In this document: one piece after another, positions 9,557-18,415 of the stretch
How the letters are laid out: every line of letters starts with the position of its first letter
Position numbering within the stretch: position 1 is the first letter of the stretch
Origin: a virus
DNA length: 64,000 nt
Direction: 5' to 3' (one strand)
Virus record (IMG/VR): IMGVR_UViG_3300033475_001387
Made by a program: the position numbers and the translations under genes
Notes under the pieces: generated by a model
The model's database searches: none
The model's input: the letters and a program-made list of their open reading frames with translations, nothing else
Told to the model about the DNA's origin: nothing

Positions 9557-10923
9557 GCGAGCGGGAGATGCCGCACCACGACTTCGCGGAGGCCGCGGCG
9601 CTCGGCGGGATGCTGCTGTCGAAGACCGCGATCGCCGAGGTCATGAAGGTCGCAAAGGCACGGGACTTCTACCACCCGAAGCACGAGCAGATCTTCGACG
9701 CGATCACGACCCTGTACGCGCGCAACGAGCCGGTCGACGCCATCACCGTTTCCCGGGAGCTCGAGAAGCGCGGCGAGCTCACCCGGATCGGCGGGCCCGC
9801 GTACCTGCACACGCTGATGGAGTCCGCGCCGACCGCAGCCAACGCCGGGTACCACGCGGAGATCGTGCACGACCATGCGGTACGCCGCCGCATGATCGAG
9901 GCCGGTGTGCGGATCAGCGCGATGGGCTACGCCACTGACCAGTCCTACGACCTGCCGGAGGTCATCGGCCGGGCGCAGGCCGAGGTGCACGCCCTGTCCC
10001 GTGACCTGCCGGCCGCGGAGTCGACTCCGGGCGGGGCGATGGAGCGTTTCCTCGAGTCGATCGATGAAACCACCGCCCGCGGGCCCGTCCGCTGCATCCC
10101 GACCGGGTTCGCCGACCTCGACGAGCTCACCGGCGGGGGCCTGCACCCCGGGCAGATGGTCGTGGTCGCGGGCAGGCCCGGCCTCGGCAAGTCGACGCTC
10201 GGGGACGACATCGCGCGTGAGGCCTCGATCCGGCATCGCATCCCGGGCATCATCTTCAACTTCGAGATGGGCGAGGACGAGATCGTCCGCAGGCTGATCG
10301 CGGCCGAGGCGAAGGTGCCGCTGCACCACCTGCGCTACGGGAAGATGAGCGAGACTGACTGGAAGCGCATCGCCCAGCGCGGCTATCCCATCCTCGACGC
10401 GCCGCTGACCATCATCGACGACGTCACGCTGTCGATGCTCGACATCGCCTCGATGTGCCGTGAGGCGAAGCGGGAGCGGGACCTCGGCTACGCCGTCATC
10501 GACTACGCGCAACTGCTCAGCTCGGGTACGGGCCGACGGCACGGGACCCGTGAGCAGGAGGTCTCCGAGATCTCCCGCATGACGAAGCTCCTCGCGAAGG
10601 AGCTACAGATCGCGATCGTGTTGATCGCGCAGCTCAACCGCGGGCCGGAGCAGCGCGCAGACAAGAAGCCGCAGATCTCAGACCTGCGCGAGTCCGGTTC
10701 GCTGGAGCAGGACGCGGACACGGTCATCCTGCTGCACCGGCCCGACGCGTACGAGGCTGAGTCTCCGCGCGCCGGCGAAACCGACCTGATCGTCGCGAAG
10801 CACCGCAACGGCCCGTGCGCCACGATCACTGTCGCCGCGCAGCTGCACTACGCGCGCTTCATCGACATGGCGCGCGAGGACGACCGGGCCTGGCAGGACG
10901 CTGTTGCCGGAGGTGTCCGGTGA
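9553..10923 (+). CDS. dnaB: Replicative DNA helicase
   Basis: AGRPGLGKST Walker A, VIDYAQL, AQLNRGPEQR, DLRESGSLEQDAD, IVAKHRNG. Confidence 0.95.
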   Translation: MSEREMPHHDFAEAAALGGMLLSKTAIAEVMKVAKARDFYHPKHEQIFDAITTLYARNEPVDAITVSRELEKRGELTRIGGPAYLHTLMESAPTAANAGYHAEIVHDHAVRRRMIEAGVRISAMGYATDQSYDLPEVIGRAQAEVHALSRDLPAAESTPGGAMERFLESIDETTARGPVRCIPTGFADLDELTGGGLHPGQMVVVAGRPGLGKSTLGDDIAREASIRHRIPGIIFNFEMGEDEIVRRLIAAEAKVPLHHLRYGKMSETDWKRIAQRGYPILDAPLTIIDDVTLSMLDIASMCREAKRERDLGYAVIDYAQLLSSGTGRRHGTREQEVSEISRMTKLLAKELQIAIVLIAQLNRGPEQRADKKPQISDLRESGSLEQDADTVILLHRPDAYEAESPRAGETDLIVAKHRNGPCATITVAAQLHYARFIDMAREDDRAWQDAVAGGVR

Positions 10924-11186
10924 AGCCGCCGACGCCGTACTTCGACGAGGGCTGGCACCGCGAGCAGATCGCGGCCAGCACCGGCAACGGCCGCACCGGC
11001 GAGCCGACGCGTGTCGAGGTGCTCTGGTCCGACCGGCCGCTCGGCCAGCAGTGCGCACTCAACCCCGAGCTCGAGGACACCGACCGCGCTGCCAGCTCGT
11101 CGCTGGAGGAACGGGGCGCCGTCCTACCCGCCGCTCGCGCCAACACACGAGCCGGGCAGCCGTCGCTGTTCAGCGCCGACGGCTGA
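10920..11186 (+). CDS. Hypothetical protein
   Basis: GTGA overlap with dnaB. Confidence 0.45.
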   Translation: MKPPTPYFDEGWHREQIAASTGNGRTGEPTRVEVLWSDRPLGQQCALNPELEDTDRAASSSLEERGAVLPAARANTRAGQPSLFSADG

Positions 11187-11224
11187 CCGCATCGCACCAA
11201 CACCCTCAATTCGGAAGGAACCAC

Positions 11225-11752
11225 ATGAGCCAGAACTTTGAGCAGGAGCAGCCGAAGGAGCCGCGGCGCGGCGTGTTCGCCCGCGTGTTCGGGAAGGGCT
11301 CCGCGCCCGTGGACGGCCCCGAGCCGGAAGCCGACAGCGAGGCCGAGTCGGAGCAGGCCCCGGCGTTCGACGGCCCGCACCTCATCTGCGGACCGGACTG
11401 CCCCGGCCACCCGCTCCCGATCGGCGGCCTGTTCGCGCTGGGCCGCCCGGCTGGCCCGGCTGCCCCGTCGGCTAAGCGGGCGTGGTCGCCGGTGTTCGCG
11501 GACAAGATCGGCAAGGGTGACCTGGTCGGGATGCCGGCCGGTGCGTTCGGCGGCCGCGAGCGTGAGTTGAAGGTCTGTGAGATCCGCACGCACGAGGGCC
11601 AGGTTGAGGACCCGCTCGCGCCGTACGTGACGCTGCTGATGGTCGACACGGAGACGGGCGAGGTGTTCTCCCCGACGGTGTCCGTGAACGCGGGTTTCCG
11701 GGTGGCGCCGGCGGTGCCGGATTCGCCGGCGTTCCTCGGTGGCGGCGTGTGA
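11225..11752 (+). CDS. Hypothetical protein
   Basis: Strong RBS GAAGGA before ATG 11225. Confidence 0.6.
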   Translation: MSQNFEQEQPKEPRRGVFARVFGKGSAPVDGPEPEADSEAESEQAPAFDGPHLICGPDCPGHPLPIGGLFALGRPAGPAAPSAKRAWSPVFADKIGKGDLVGMPAGAFGGRERELKVCEIRTHEGQVEDPLAPYVTLLMVDTETGEVFSPTVSVNAGFRVAPAVPDSPAFLGGGV

Positions 11753-12015
11753 TGGCCGCGTCCGAAGGTCGCGAAGCCCTGCGGGGCGCCGTGTGGGCCG
11801 CGCGTGTCGCGCCCGGGGCGTCGGGCCGGGAGGACGGTGTGCGCCTCGCGGCGGCCCTGCTGCGTGCCGCGGCGGCGGGTTTCCGGGCTGCGGGTGTCGC
11901 GTGGACGCGACGGCGTCGGTCGGTGCCGGGCCAGTCGAGGCCGTTCGGGTTCTTCCTCGAGCGCGTGCCAGGCCGCCCGGCCACGCCCGCCCGCCCGGGG
12001 GCGAGCCATGGCTAG
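11752..12015 (+). CDS. Hypothetical protein
   Basis: TGATG coupling. Confidence 0.4.
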   Translation: MAASEGREALRGAVWAARVAPGASGREDGVRLAAALLRAAAAGFRAAGVAWTRRRRSVPGQSRPFGFFLERVPGRPATPARPGASHG

Positions 12016-12205
12016 GCCCGACGTGTCCGTGCTCTTGGACTGGCGGCAGGCCAAGGTGTACGACCCGCAGCCCTGCTTCCTGTGCGACCGCCCGGCGTTT
12101 CTGCGGCACCCGCACAGTCCGTCCACGCCATGCCACAAGGTGTGCGCCGACGCGCAGGCCAACCAGACCTCTGGCAACACCATCACGAATCGGAGTGCGC
12201 AGTGA
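12008..12205 (+). CDS. Small zinc-binding protein
   Basis: PCFLC...CHKVC. Confidence 0.55.
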   Translation: MARPDVSVLLDWRQAKVYDPQPCFLCDRPAFLRHPHSPSTPCHKVCADAQANQTSGNTITNRSAQ

Positions 12206-12726
12206 GCGTGGAGACGTTCGACCCGCACGCGGTGGACCGGCTCGCCGCGGCGGTCCTTGAGGCCGAGGCGGCGGGTGCGTCGTTCGCGACCGCGCGGACC
12301 GAGGACCTGCAGCAGTTGCTTAGCCAACTCGACTACGCGAAGGCGTCGCGGCTGACAATCGCCGACGGCGCGGCGCGCCTGCGAAGCCGCGTGGATGACG
12401 TGGTCGGCCAGCGCGACGAGGCCCGCACGATTGCGCGACGACTGTGGTCGGCGTCGGTTAGTGGCGAGGACGACCCGCTCGGCCAGCGGCTGTGCCCGGA
12501 CGCTGCGCCGCCGTGGCTGACGTCGCGCATCCCGGAGAAGCCGGCCGTGTCGGCCGTCTCCGACATCGAGGCGGCGCTCAAGCGGGCGGAGAGCCTGACG
12601 ATGTGCGGCCGCTGCAGGAACGCGGTGGCGGTGTATTCGACGCGGCAGGGCCACTTCTGTGCGATGTGCCGGGACGCGGTCTACCCGTCCGACGCGATTC
12701 CCGCCGATGTGAAGGCGGAGGCCTGA
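12202..12726 (+). CDS. Hypothetical protein with C-terminal zinc finger
   Basis: GTGA overlap; CGRC...FCAMC. Confidence 0.55.
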   Translation: MSVETFDPHAVDRLAAAVLEAEAAGASFATARTEDLQQLLSQLDYAKASRLTIADGAARLRSRVDDVVGQRDEARTIARRLWSASVSGEDDPLGQRLCPDAAPPWLTSRIPEKPAVSAVSDIEAALKRAESLTMCGRCRNAVAVYSTRQGHFCAMCRDAVYPSDAIPADVKAEA

Positions 12727-12727
12727 G

Positions 12728-13375
12728 ATGCCCGAGGCGATGACCGTCGACACGCACTCTGACGCCGCGCAGCTGCTCCGGCTGTTCGTCGCCGCGCGCA
12801 AGACCGGCGGTAGCTACGACCTCGACGTCGTTGCGGCGAATGCCGCGGCTGTCCTGGATGCCCTCGCCGACGCGGAAGGACGCGTCGCCGAACTCGAGGA
12901 CATGGGCACTGCCGCCTACGCCGAGAAGGTCTTTGAAGCGATGCGGTTGCGCTCGCTGGAGATCCGCAAGGGCAGCTTCGAGATGGACCTGGCCGAGGCC
13001 GAGGAGATCTTGACCTCGTTCGTCGCGGCCGCGCGCACGATGCTCGGTGACGCCCCGAACTACGCGGAGTCGGCGATGGGGTTCGACGGCAACAAGGTGA
13101 GCTTCGAGGTGAAGCTCGCCGGGTCACTGGAGAACTGGTTCGTCCTCACGGTCCAGCGGCACCACGGTTCGACACCGCACGACCTGCGGCAGCGGGCGGA
13201 GACGGAGCGAGACGCTGCGCTCGCGCGCGTCACCGAGCTCGAAGCCGAACTGAAGCGGCGTGAGGAGACGCGGCCCTGTGGGATCCCGCTGCCTCACCGG
13301 CCGCACCAGTGGATGGCTGCGCGCCACAGCATTCAGTGCCCGGGCGTGAGCGAGACCGCGGAGAGTGTCGCGTGA
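12728..13375 (+). CDS. Hypothetical phage protein
   Basis: 215 aa, high GC3, in operon. Confidence 0.6.
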   Translation: MPEAMTVDTHSDAAQLLRLFVAARKTGGSYDLDVVAANAAAVLDALADAEGRVAELEDMGTAAYAEKVFEAMRLRSLEIRKGSFEMDLAEAEEILTSFVAAARTMLGDAPNYAESAMGFDGNKVSFEVKLAGSLENWFVLTVQRHHGSTPHDLRQRAETERDAALARVTELEAELKRREETRPCGIPLPHRPHQWMAARHSIQCPGVSETAESVA

Positions 13376-13469
13376 CCCGCCTACGCATATACCGGCCGCT
13401 GGTCCTCGGCCTGGCATGGTTCGCCGTGGTCGCCCTCGCGGCGGCCGCGGTACTGGTGGAGGCGGTCCG

Positions 13470-13865
13470 GTGACGCCCGCCTCGCTCGGCTGCGCACGCT
13501 GCGGCACCTGCTGCCAGTCGATCCCCATGCAGGGCCTTGACCGGCTCGTGAAGGACCGGGCCGAGGGCAGGTACGCCGACAATCCGCGGCACTGCGAGGA
13601 CGTTGATTTCATGGCCGAGCACTGGACGCCGGTGCCCGGCCAGCCCGGCCGGTACTCGTGCGATCAGTACGACAGTGAAGCCCGCGCGTGCCGAGCGCAG
13701 GAATCGAAGCCGCCGGTGTGCCGCGACTACCCGTGGTACCTCGAGGGTCCGAGCGCGTTGCGCGCTGGCGCGCTGGACCCGCAGTGCTCGTACCTGCTCG
13801 ACGTGCCGCCGGCCGCCCGGCCCGCGGGTGCGCGCCCGCTGATCCCTATTGAGGTGATCCGGTGA
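13470..13865 (+). CDS. YkgJ-family cysteine-cluster protein
   Basis: CARCGTCC and C...C......PPVCRDYPW motifs. Confidence 0.8.
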   Translation: MTPASLGCARCGTCCQSIPMQGLDRLVKDRAEGRYADNPRHCEDVDFMAEHWTPVPGQPGRYSCDQYDSEARACRAQESKPPVCRDYPWYLEGPSALRAGALDPQCSYLLDVPPAARPAGARPLIPIEVIR

Positions 13866-14121
13866 GCGGCCGCGGCATGCCGCCCGGCTGGGAGTTCGGT
13901 GCAGCGATGGCCGGCGCCATGGTCCTGGTCGTGCTGGTTGCCGTGGTCTCGTGCTTGGCCGGGGGGGGGCGGTGATCCAGTGACACGGCGGCGCGACGAC
14001 TCCGTGAGGCTGAACACGATCCGGTTCCTGGTCCTGTCGGTGGTCGTGCTCTGCCTGATCGCCGTGATCGGCACATGCGCGGACTTTGTCGCCGCCCACT
14101 GTTTCGGGCGGTGACGTGGTG

Positions 14122-14349
14122 TCAGGACTGTGCGCGGCGCTTCTCCTCTGCGGTAATGATCTTGGCTACCCACTCGCGGGTGAAGCCGGTGGCGCGGGCG
14201 ATTTCGGAGGGACCGGCGTCTTCCTCCTTGGCGTCGAAGATCAGCGAGTTGAGGTTGGTGCGGGCGGTTTCGTAGGCGGCCTTCCGCTTCTGGAAGGCGG
14301 CGGCGGCGTTCTTGAGGGCGTTCTCGAGATCGGGCTCCATGGCGGTCAT
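14122..14349 (-). CDS. Small HTH regulator
   Basis: GPSEIARATGFTREWVAKI helix-turn-helix; divergent from a consensus promoter. Confidence 0.75.
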   Translation of the reverse strand: MTAMEPDLENALKNAAAAFQKRKAAYETARTNLNSLIFDAKEEDAGPSEIARATGFTREWVAKIITAEEKRRAQS

Positions 14350-14415
14350 GATCTCACCTCCCGTTCGCGCATGCTAGTAGCGACCGCTACATGCGAACAG
14401 CATACGCGAACAGTA

Positions 14416-14444
14416 TTGACAGGAATAGGGGTCGCGAATAGTGT
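14416..14444 (+). promoter_or_regulatory. Sigma70/HrdB-type promoter
   Basis: TTGACA (14416-21), 17 bp spacer, TAGTGT (14439-44); GCGAA(C/T)AG repeats at 14393, 14406, 14434. Confidence 0.75.
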
Positions 14445-14481
14445 TCTCACCAGAGAACGCCGCCGACCCAAGGAGCACCCC

Positions 14482-14865
14482 GTGGCCATCAGCCGAATCG
14501 CCCGCCGAATCGCCGCCAAGACCGCGGCCCGCGCTCGCAAAATCGGCCGCCACAACAGCGTCGCCAGACTCCACACGAACCTCACCGCGACCGCCGACCG
14601 GAACAACGCCGGCACCATCACCGCCGGCCAGTACCTGACCGAGTTCCTCGGCGCGGACGCCGAGTTCGCGGCCACGTACGACTCCCCGTTCGGCAAGGCG
14701 ATCAAGAAGGCGTACATGGCGCTGCACAACGAGGAGCCGCCGAAGCTGCGGCTGGTCGCTGTCGGCCACCGGCTGCACCGCAAGGTCGGCTACCTGCTCG
14801 GCGAGCCCGCCCTCGCAGCCGCCGCCCAGATCTACCCGCGCACCGCCGCACTGATCGGAGCCTGA
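14482..14865 (+). CDS. Basic hypothetical protein
   Basis: AGGAG RBS, GTG start, first gene after promoter. Confidence 0.65.
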   Translation: MAISRIARRIAAKTAARARKIGRHNSVARLHTNLTATADRNNAGTITAGQYLTEFLGADAEFAATYDSPFGKAIKKAYMALHNEEPPKLRLVAVGHRLHRKVGYLLGEPALAAAAQIYPRTAALIGA

Positions 14866-14866
14866 G

Positions 14867-15430
14867 ATGCCCGCGCGCAAGGAAATCGTCGAGGACCACG
14901 CCGCCGAGGCCAAGCGGATCCTGCACGAGGACCGCGTGTCCCCGAACGTTGTGCGCATCGAGAAGCGGCTGCTGAACGGCAAGTTGTGGGCCCTGTACTA
15001 CGCGAACGATCGCGACCGCGGCCTGCTGAACCTGTTGGAGGGCATGCGCCTGCTGCGCGACCTCGAGCAGGAGGAGAAGGACGCCGAGAACCACAAGGCG
15101 ATGCTGCGCGCTTTCGGACCCGCCGAGACGCCGCGCGAGAAGGGCTACGCCAGGCTTTGCCGTGCCGCCGCGGACGCCCTGCCGGCGAGTTTTCGCAAGG
15201 CCGTCGAGGCCCTGGAGAAGGTGCGCACCGACGAGGAGCTCGACGCGGCCCAGACGCCCTCCCTCCTCGACGTGCACGCCTGGCGGCACGGCGGCTCGGC
15301 CGAGGACGCGCTCGCCCTCGCTCGGGTCCGCAAGCTGACTTCGGACATGTGGCGCCGCAAGACGATTCCGATGCAGGCGCTGCTCGACGCACTCAACGGG
15401 CCGGCCGCGCAGGGCGAGAAGGGGCACTGA
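14867..15430 (+). CDS. Hypothetical protein
   Basis: 187 aa, high GC3. Confidence 0.6.
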   Translation: MPARKEIVEDHAAEAKRILHEDRVSPNVVRIEKRLLNGKLWALYYANDRDRGLLNLLEGMRLLRDLEQEEKDAENHKAMLRAFGPAETPREKGYARLCRAAADALPASFRKAVEALEKVRTDEELDAAQTPSLLDVHAWRHGGSAEDALALARVRKLTSDMWRRKTIPMQALLDALNGPAAQGEKGH

Positions 15431-15432
15431 CC

Positions 15433-15855
15433 GTGGACACCCTCACCCTCAGTCCGGTCCTGTTCGCACGGCCCGCCGAGATCCCGGCCCCGCTGCTCGC
15501 GCTCGCCGAGGCCATGTGGACCGCCACCCCGTATGAGGAGCCGCGCCACTCGCTGCTCGACATTGATGACGCGGACGACCTTCTCGCCACGCTCCTCGGC
15601 CTGGACACGACCGAGGACGCCTACCACGACGAGCTGACCCGCTGCCAGGCCGAGGGCTGTGGCGCCTGGTTCTGGGCGGATGACGGCGCGACCGTCTCGT
15701 ACGAGTCCGGCAGGGACCTGACGATGTGCGACGAGCATGCGGTCGCGGACGACCCGGGTGCGCGCGTCTATCCCGGGCCGCGGATCGAGGCCTTGTGGCG
15801 CGACCGGGACGCCGCGGAGACCTCGGCCCGGATCCGCGCGACCGGGTGCGCCTGA
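15433..15855 (+). CDS. Hypothetical protein with Cys pairs
   Basis: CQAEGC...MCDEH. Confidence 0.55.
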   Translation: MDTLTLSPVLFARPAEIPAPLLALAEAMWTATPYEEPRHSLLDIDDADDLLATLLGLDTTEDAYHDELTRCQAEGCGAWFWADDGATVSYESGRDLTMCDEHAVADDPGARVYPGPRIEALWRDRDAAETSARIRATGCA

Positions 15856-15944
15856 TGACTCGCTGAACGGCGGGTGCGCGGAGCGCATCGCTCTCCGCGC
15901 ACCCGCTCCCCCACTGTCCCAGACCACACCGAAGGAGGCCCACC

Positions 15945-16223
15945 GTGGCCACGAGCATTGAGCACTACGAGGCCGCCGAAAGGCTGCTCGCCGAGTCCGA
16001 ACGCCAGGACGCCCCGGAGTGGGCCCAGTCCTACGCGATGCAGGCGCAGGTCCACGCGACGCTGGCCCTGGCCGCTGCTACGGCACTCGGCATCGGGCAC
16101 CCGGAGATCACCGTCACGGGGCACGACTGGGAGCACTGGAACTACGCCGCCGAGGTCACCAGCCGGGCGCGCGTTGGCACGCTGGCTGGCGATGACGCCG
16201 ACGGCGCCGAGGGCGGTGTCTGA
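15945..16223 (+). CDS. Hypothetical protein
   Basis: AAGGAGG RBS. Confidence 0.65.
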   Translation: MATSIEHYEAAERLLAESERQDAPEWAQSYAMQAQVHATLALAAATALGIGHPEITVTGHDWEHWNYAAEVTSRARVGTLAGDDADGAEGGV

Positions 16224-16570
16224 TGTCTGGGCCCATGACGCCCGAACGGCTCGCCGAAATCGACATCGCCATCGCGGCGTTCAGGGACGCCTACCCCGGC
16301 AGCTTCGGCGGGATGATCGCCGAACTGCGCGCCGAGGTGGTCCGTCTGACGCCGCGCCAGATCACGACCGTGGAGGAGATCGAGGCGCTGCCGATGTACG
16401 CGGTTGTCACCGATCCGGACGGCGACGCGTGGCAGAAGCGCTACGACGACGACCAGCCGTGGGTGATGGCTGGTCTCGCATCTGAGCCTGAGGCGGATCA
16501 GACCCTGCTGACGTACGCCCCGCTGCTGCTGGTCCACACGCCGCAGGCGCAGGCCGAGAACACCGCCTGA
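16223..16570 (+). CDS. Hypothetical phage protein
   Basis: TGATG coupling; VVTDPDGDAWQK. Confidence 0.6.
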   Translation: MSGPMTPERLAEIDIAIAAFRDAYPGSFGGMIAELRAEVVRLTPRQITTVEEIEALPMYAVVTDPDGDAWQKRYDDDQPWVMAGLASEPEADQTLLTYAPLLLVHTPQAQAENTA

Positions 16571-16614
16571 CGCCCCCTTGGCTGCCGCAGCCGACTCTTC
16601 CCCGGCTGCGGCGG
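16564..16614 (+). repeat. Intergenic element copy 1: CGCCTGACGCC + 12-bp stem with ACTCTT loop
   Basis: Stem CTGCCGCAGCCG/CGGCTGCGGCGG; same layout as 17004-17055. Confidence 0.6.
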
Positions 16615-16650
16615 CCCACCCCCGAACCTGCAGACCGAAGGAGGCCCACC

Positions 16651-17010
16651 GTGACCGAGAACACCACCCCCAAGCGCCCCGTCCCGCCGCCGCTGGCATT
16701 CGTCCCACCGAACTGCTCCATCTGCGGCGAGGAGACCAGGGTCGAAGACGGCTACTACTGCGACAACTGCGAAGCGACCTGGGACTACGACGGCGCCCCC
16801 GACGGCGCATGGATCGAGCTGGACGCCGAGCAGTGCCCGTCAATCCACAAGCCGTACCCGAACGACACGAACGAGCGCCTGGCCGCGATCGAGTACCGGT
16901 GCCTCCTGGAGGCCGACCACGCCAACCGCGGCGTCGACACGCATCAGCACCCGCAGTCCTGGGACGGCTGGAAGGACCCTGAGCCGTCCGTCGCCGACGC
17001 GTCCGCCTGA
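16651..17010 (+). CDS. Zinc-finger hypothetical protein
   Basis: AAGGAGG RBS; CSIC..CDNC..CPS..C...H. Confidence 0.65.
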   Translation: MTENTTPKRPVPPPLAFVPPNCSICGEETRVEDGYYCDNCEATWDYDGAPDGAWIELDAEQCPSIHKPYPNDTNERLAAIEYRCLLEADHANRGVDTHQHPQSWDGWKDPEPSVADASA

Positions 17011-17055
17011 CGCCTTCTGGCCGCCGCTCTCGACTCTCCTCCGGGAGCGGCGGCC
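17004..17055 (+). repeat. Intergenic element copy 2: CGCCTGACGCC + 14-bp stem with ACTCTC loop
   Basis: Stem GGCCGCCGCTCTCG/CGGGAGCGGCGGCC. Confidence 0.6.
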
Positions 17056-17088
17056 CTCCATCCCTGTGACGACGAGGACTGACTGACC

Positions 17089-17646
17089 ATGACCAACACC
17101 CTGTTCCGCCCCGACTTCAAGGACAAGACCCGCTGTATCTCCGTGCACTGGTCGCTGCCCGTCCAGTGCGTGCTCTCGCCGACACACCGCGAGAACTGGC
17201 ACGAGACCTGGCACCCCAAGAGCGGCAACCGGCTGCGCTACCGGCACCCCGGCAAGCACACCGAGGAACTACGCGGCGGCGAGTGGCACGCGATTCAGGT
17301 CCCGATCGGCGCCGCGCGCATCGCGACGATCCGTTCCCTGTACCTGGGGCTGCCGGTCGTCGAGGAACTGCTCGGCGAGATCGAGCGGCTCAACGCGCAG
17401 GTCGCTGCACTTGAGGCGGCCGAGCACCTCCGCGGCTTCGACGTGCGCATCAAGGCCCCCCAGGCCGGCGGCGAAAGCACCCTCTGGCTCGGCTGCGCCC
17501 GACTGCCGTACCGCAACTTCAAGCAGCAACTGGTCTACCTCGACGACATCGTGCGGATGGCCATGGCGCACGCCGCGCGCTGCCCCGGCCACGAGCAGTC
17601 GGCCGCCGCCGGCGCCGCGCCCGCGACGGCCGGAATCGAGGCCTGA
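17089..17646 (+). CDS. Hypothetical protein
   Basis: GAGG RBS; 185 aa. Confidence 0.6.
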   Translation: MTNTLFRPDFKDKTRCISVHWSLPVQCVLSPTHRENWHETWHPKSGNRLRYRHPGKHTEELRGGEWHAIQVPIGAARIATIRSLYLGLPVVEELLGEIERLNAQVAALEAAEHLRGFDVRIKAPQAGGESTLWLGCARLPYRNFKQQLVYLDDIVRMAMAHAARCPGHEQSAAAGAAPATAGIEA

Positions 17647-17651
17647 GTCAC

Positions 17652-18131
17652 ATGGCCGACAAGACCACTCACGCCGGGATCATCCTGCGCGGCGTCGTGC
17701 CGCCGGACGAGGCCCGCGCGCAGCGCCGGAAGTACTGGGAGGGGCAGCTCACCCTCGCGCAGCGGGAACTCGCCCGCGAGGACGCCAGCATCGAAGTGAC
17801 GTACTGGCAGGGCACCCGGCGCCTGCACCCGGACTGCGAGGACCGGCCCGCCGTGACCGTGCCGACGCCGGAGGGCGCGACGCCGCTCGGCTACGACCGT
17901 GGGCTGCTGCTCGAGGCCGTCGACCTGGTGATCGAACGTCAGCATGCGTCGCCGATGTACCTGCAGCGCAGGATGCGCGTCGGTTTCGCGAAGGCGGGCC
18001 GGCTGATGCAGCTCATGGAAGAGCGGCGGGTGGTCGGCCGGTCTAACGACAACTACCACCTGTTCGAGGTGTTGGTGCCGCGCGCGGACAAGCGGCAGGC
18101 ACTCGACGCGATCAAGAGCGAGGCCGCGTGA
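17652..18131 (+). CDS. Protein with stand-alone FtsK gamma (winged-helix) domain
   Basis: LLLEAVDLVIERQHASPMYLQRRMRVGFAKAGRLMQLMEERRVVG matches the FtsK gamma pattern S.S.LQR..RIGY.RA.RL...LE..GVV. Confidence 0.8.
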   Translation: MADKTTHAGIILRGVVPPDEARAQRRKYWEGQLTLAQRELAREDASIEVTYWQGTRRLHPDCEDRPAVTVPTPEGATPLGYDRGLLLEAVDLVIERQHASPMYLQRRMRVGFAKAGRLMQLMEERRVVGRSNDNYHLFEVLVPRADKRQALDAIKSEAA

Positions 18132-18391
18132 TGGCCACCCCGTTGAACAGCTACCCGCAGCCCCCGTACCCGCACGACGCCGTGGATCTGCTGGCCCACG
18201 ACGTCACCTCGATGGGCGCGGTGCTCGGCATCCACCCCGAGATCTCGCCCGAGGCCGAGTTCCACAACCGGTGCACGGCCGTGAACAAGTCGGCCGAGCC
18301 GCGGCAGCTGTGCCTCCTCGACGCCGACCACACGAACCTGCACCGCGACATCACCGGCGACACGTGGGGCGACGACCCCCGAGACCACTAA
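18128..18391 (+). CDS. Hypothetical protein
   Basis: GTGA coupling; C......C.L...H...H. Confidence 0.5.
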   Translation: MMATPLNSYPQPPYPHDAVDLLAHDVTSMGAVLGIHPEISPEAEFHNRCTAVNKSAEPRQLCLLDADHTNLHRDITGDTWGDDPRDH

Positions 18392-18415
18392 TACAGAGCA
18401 CTACCAGGAGGAATC

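Noticed and set aside
13961-13969. G9 tract as phase-variation switch
   Set aside because: Lies in the last codons of a 37-aa putative membrane ORF; slippage would change only the tail
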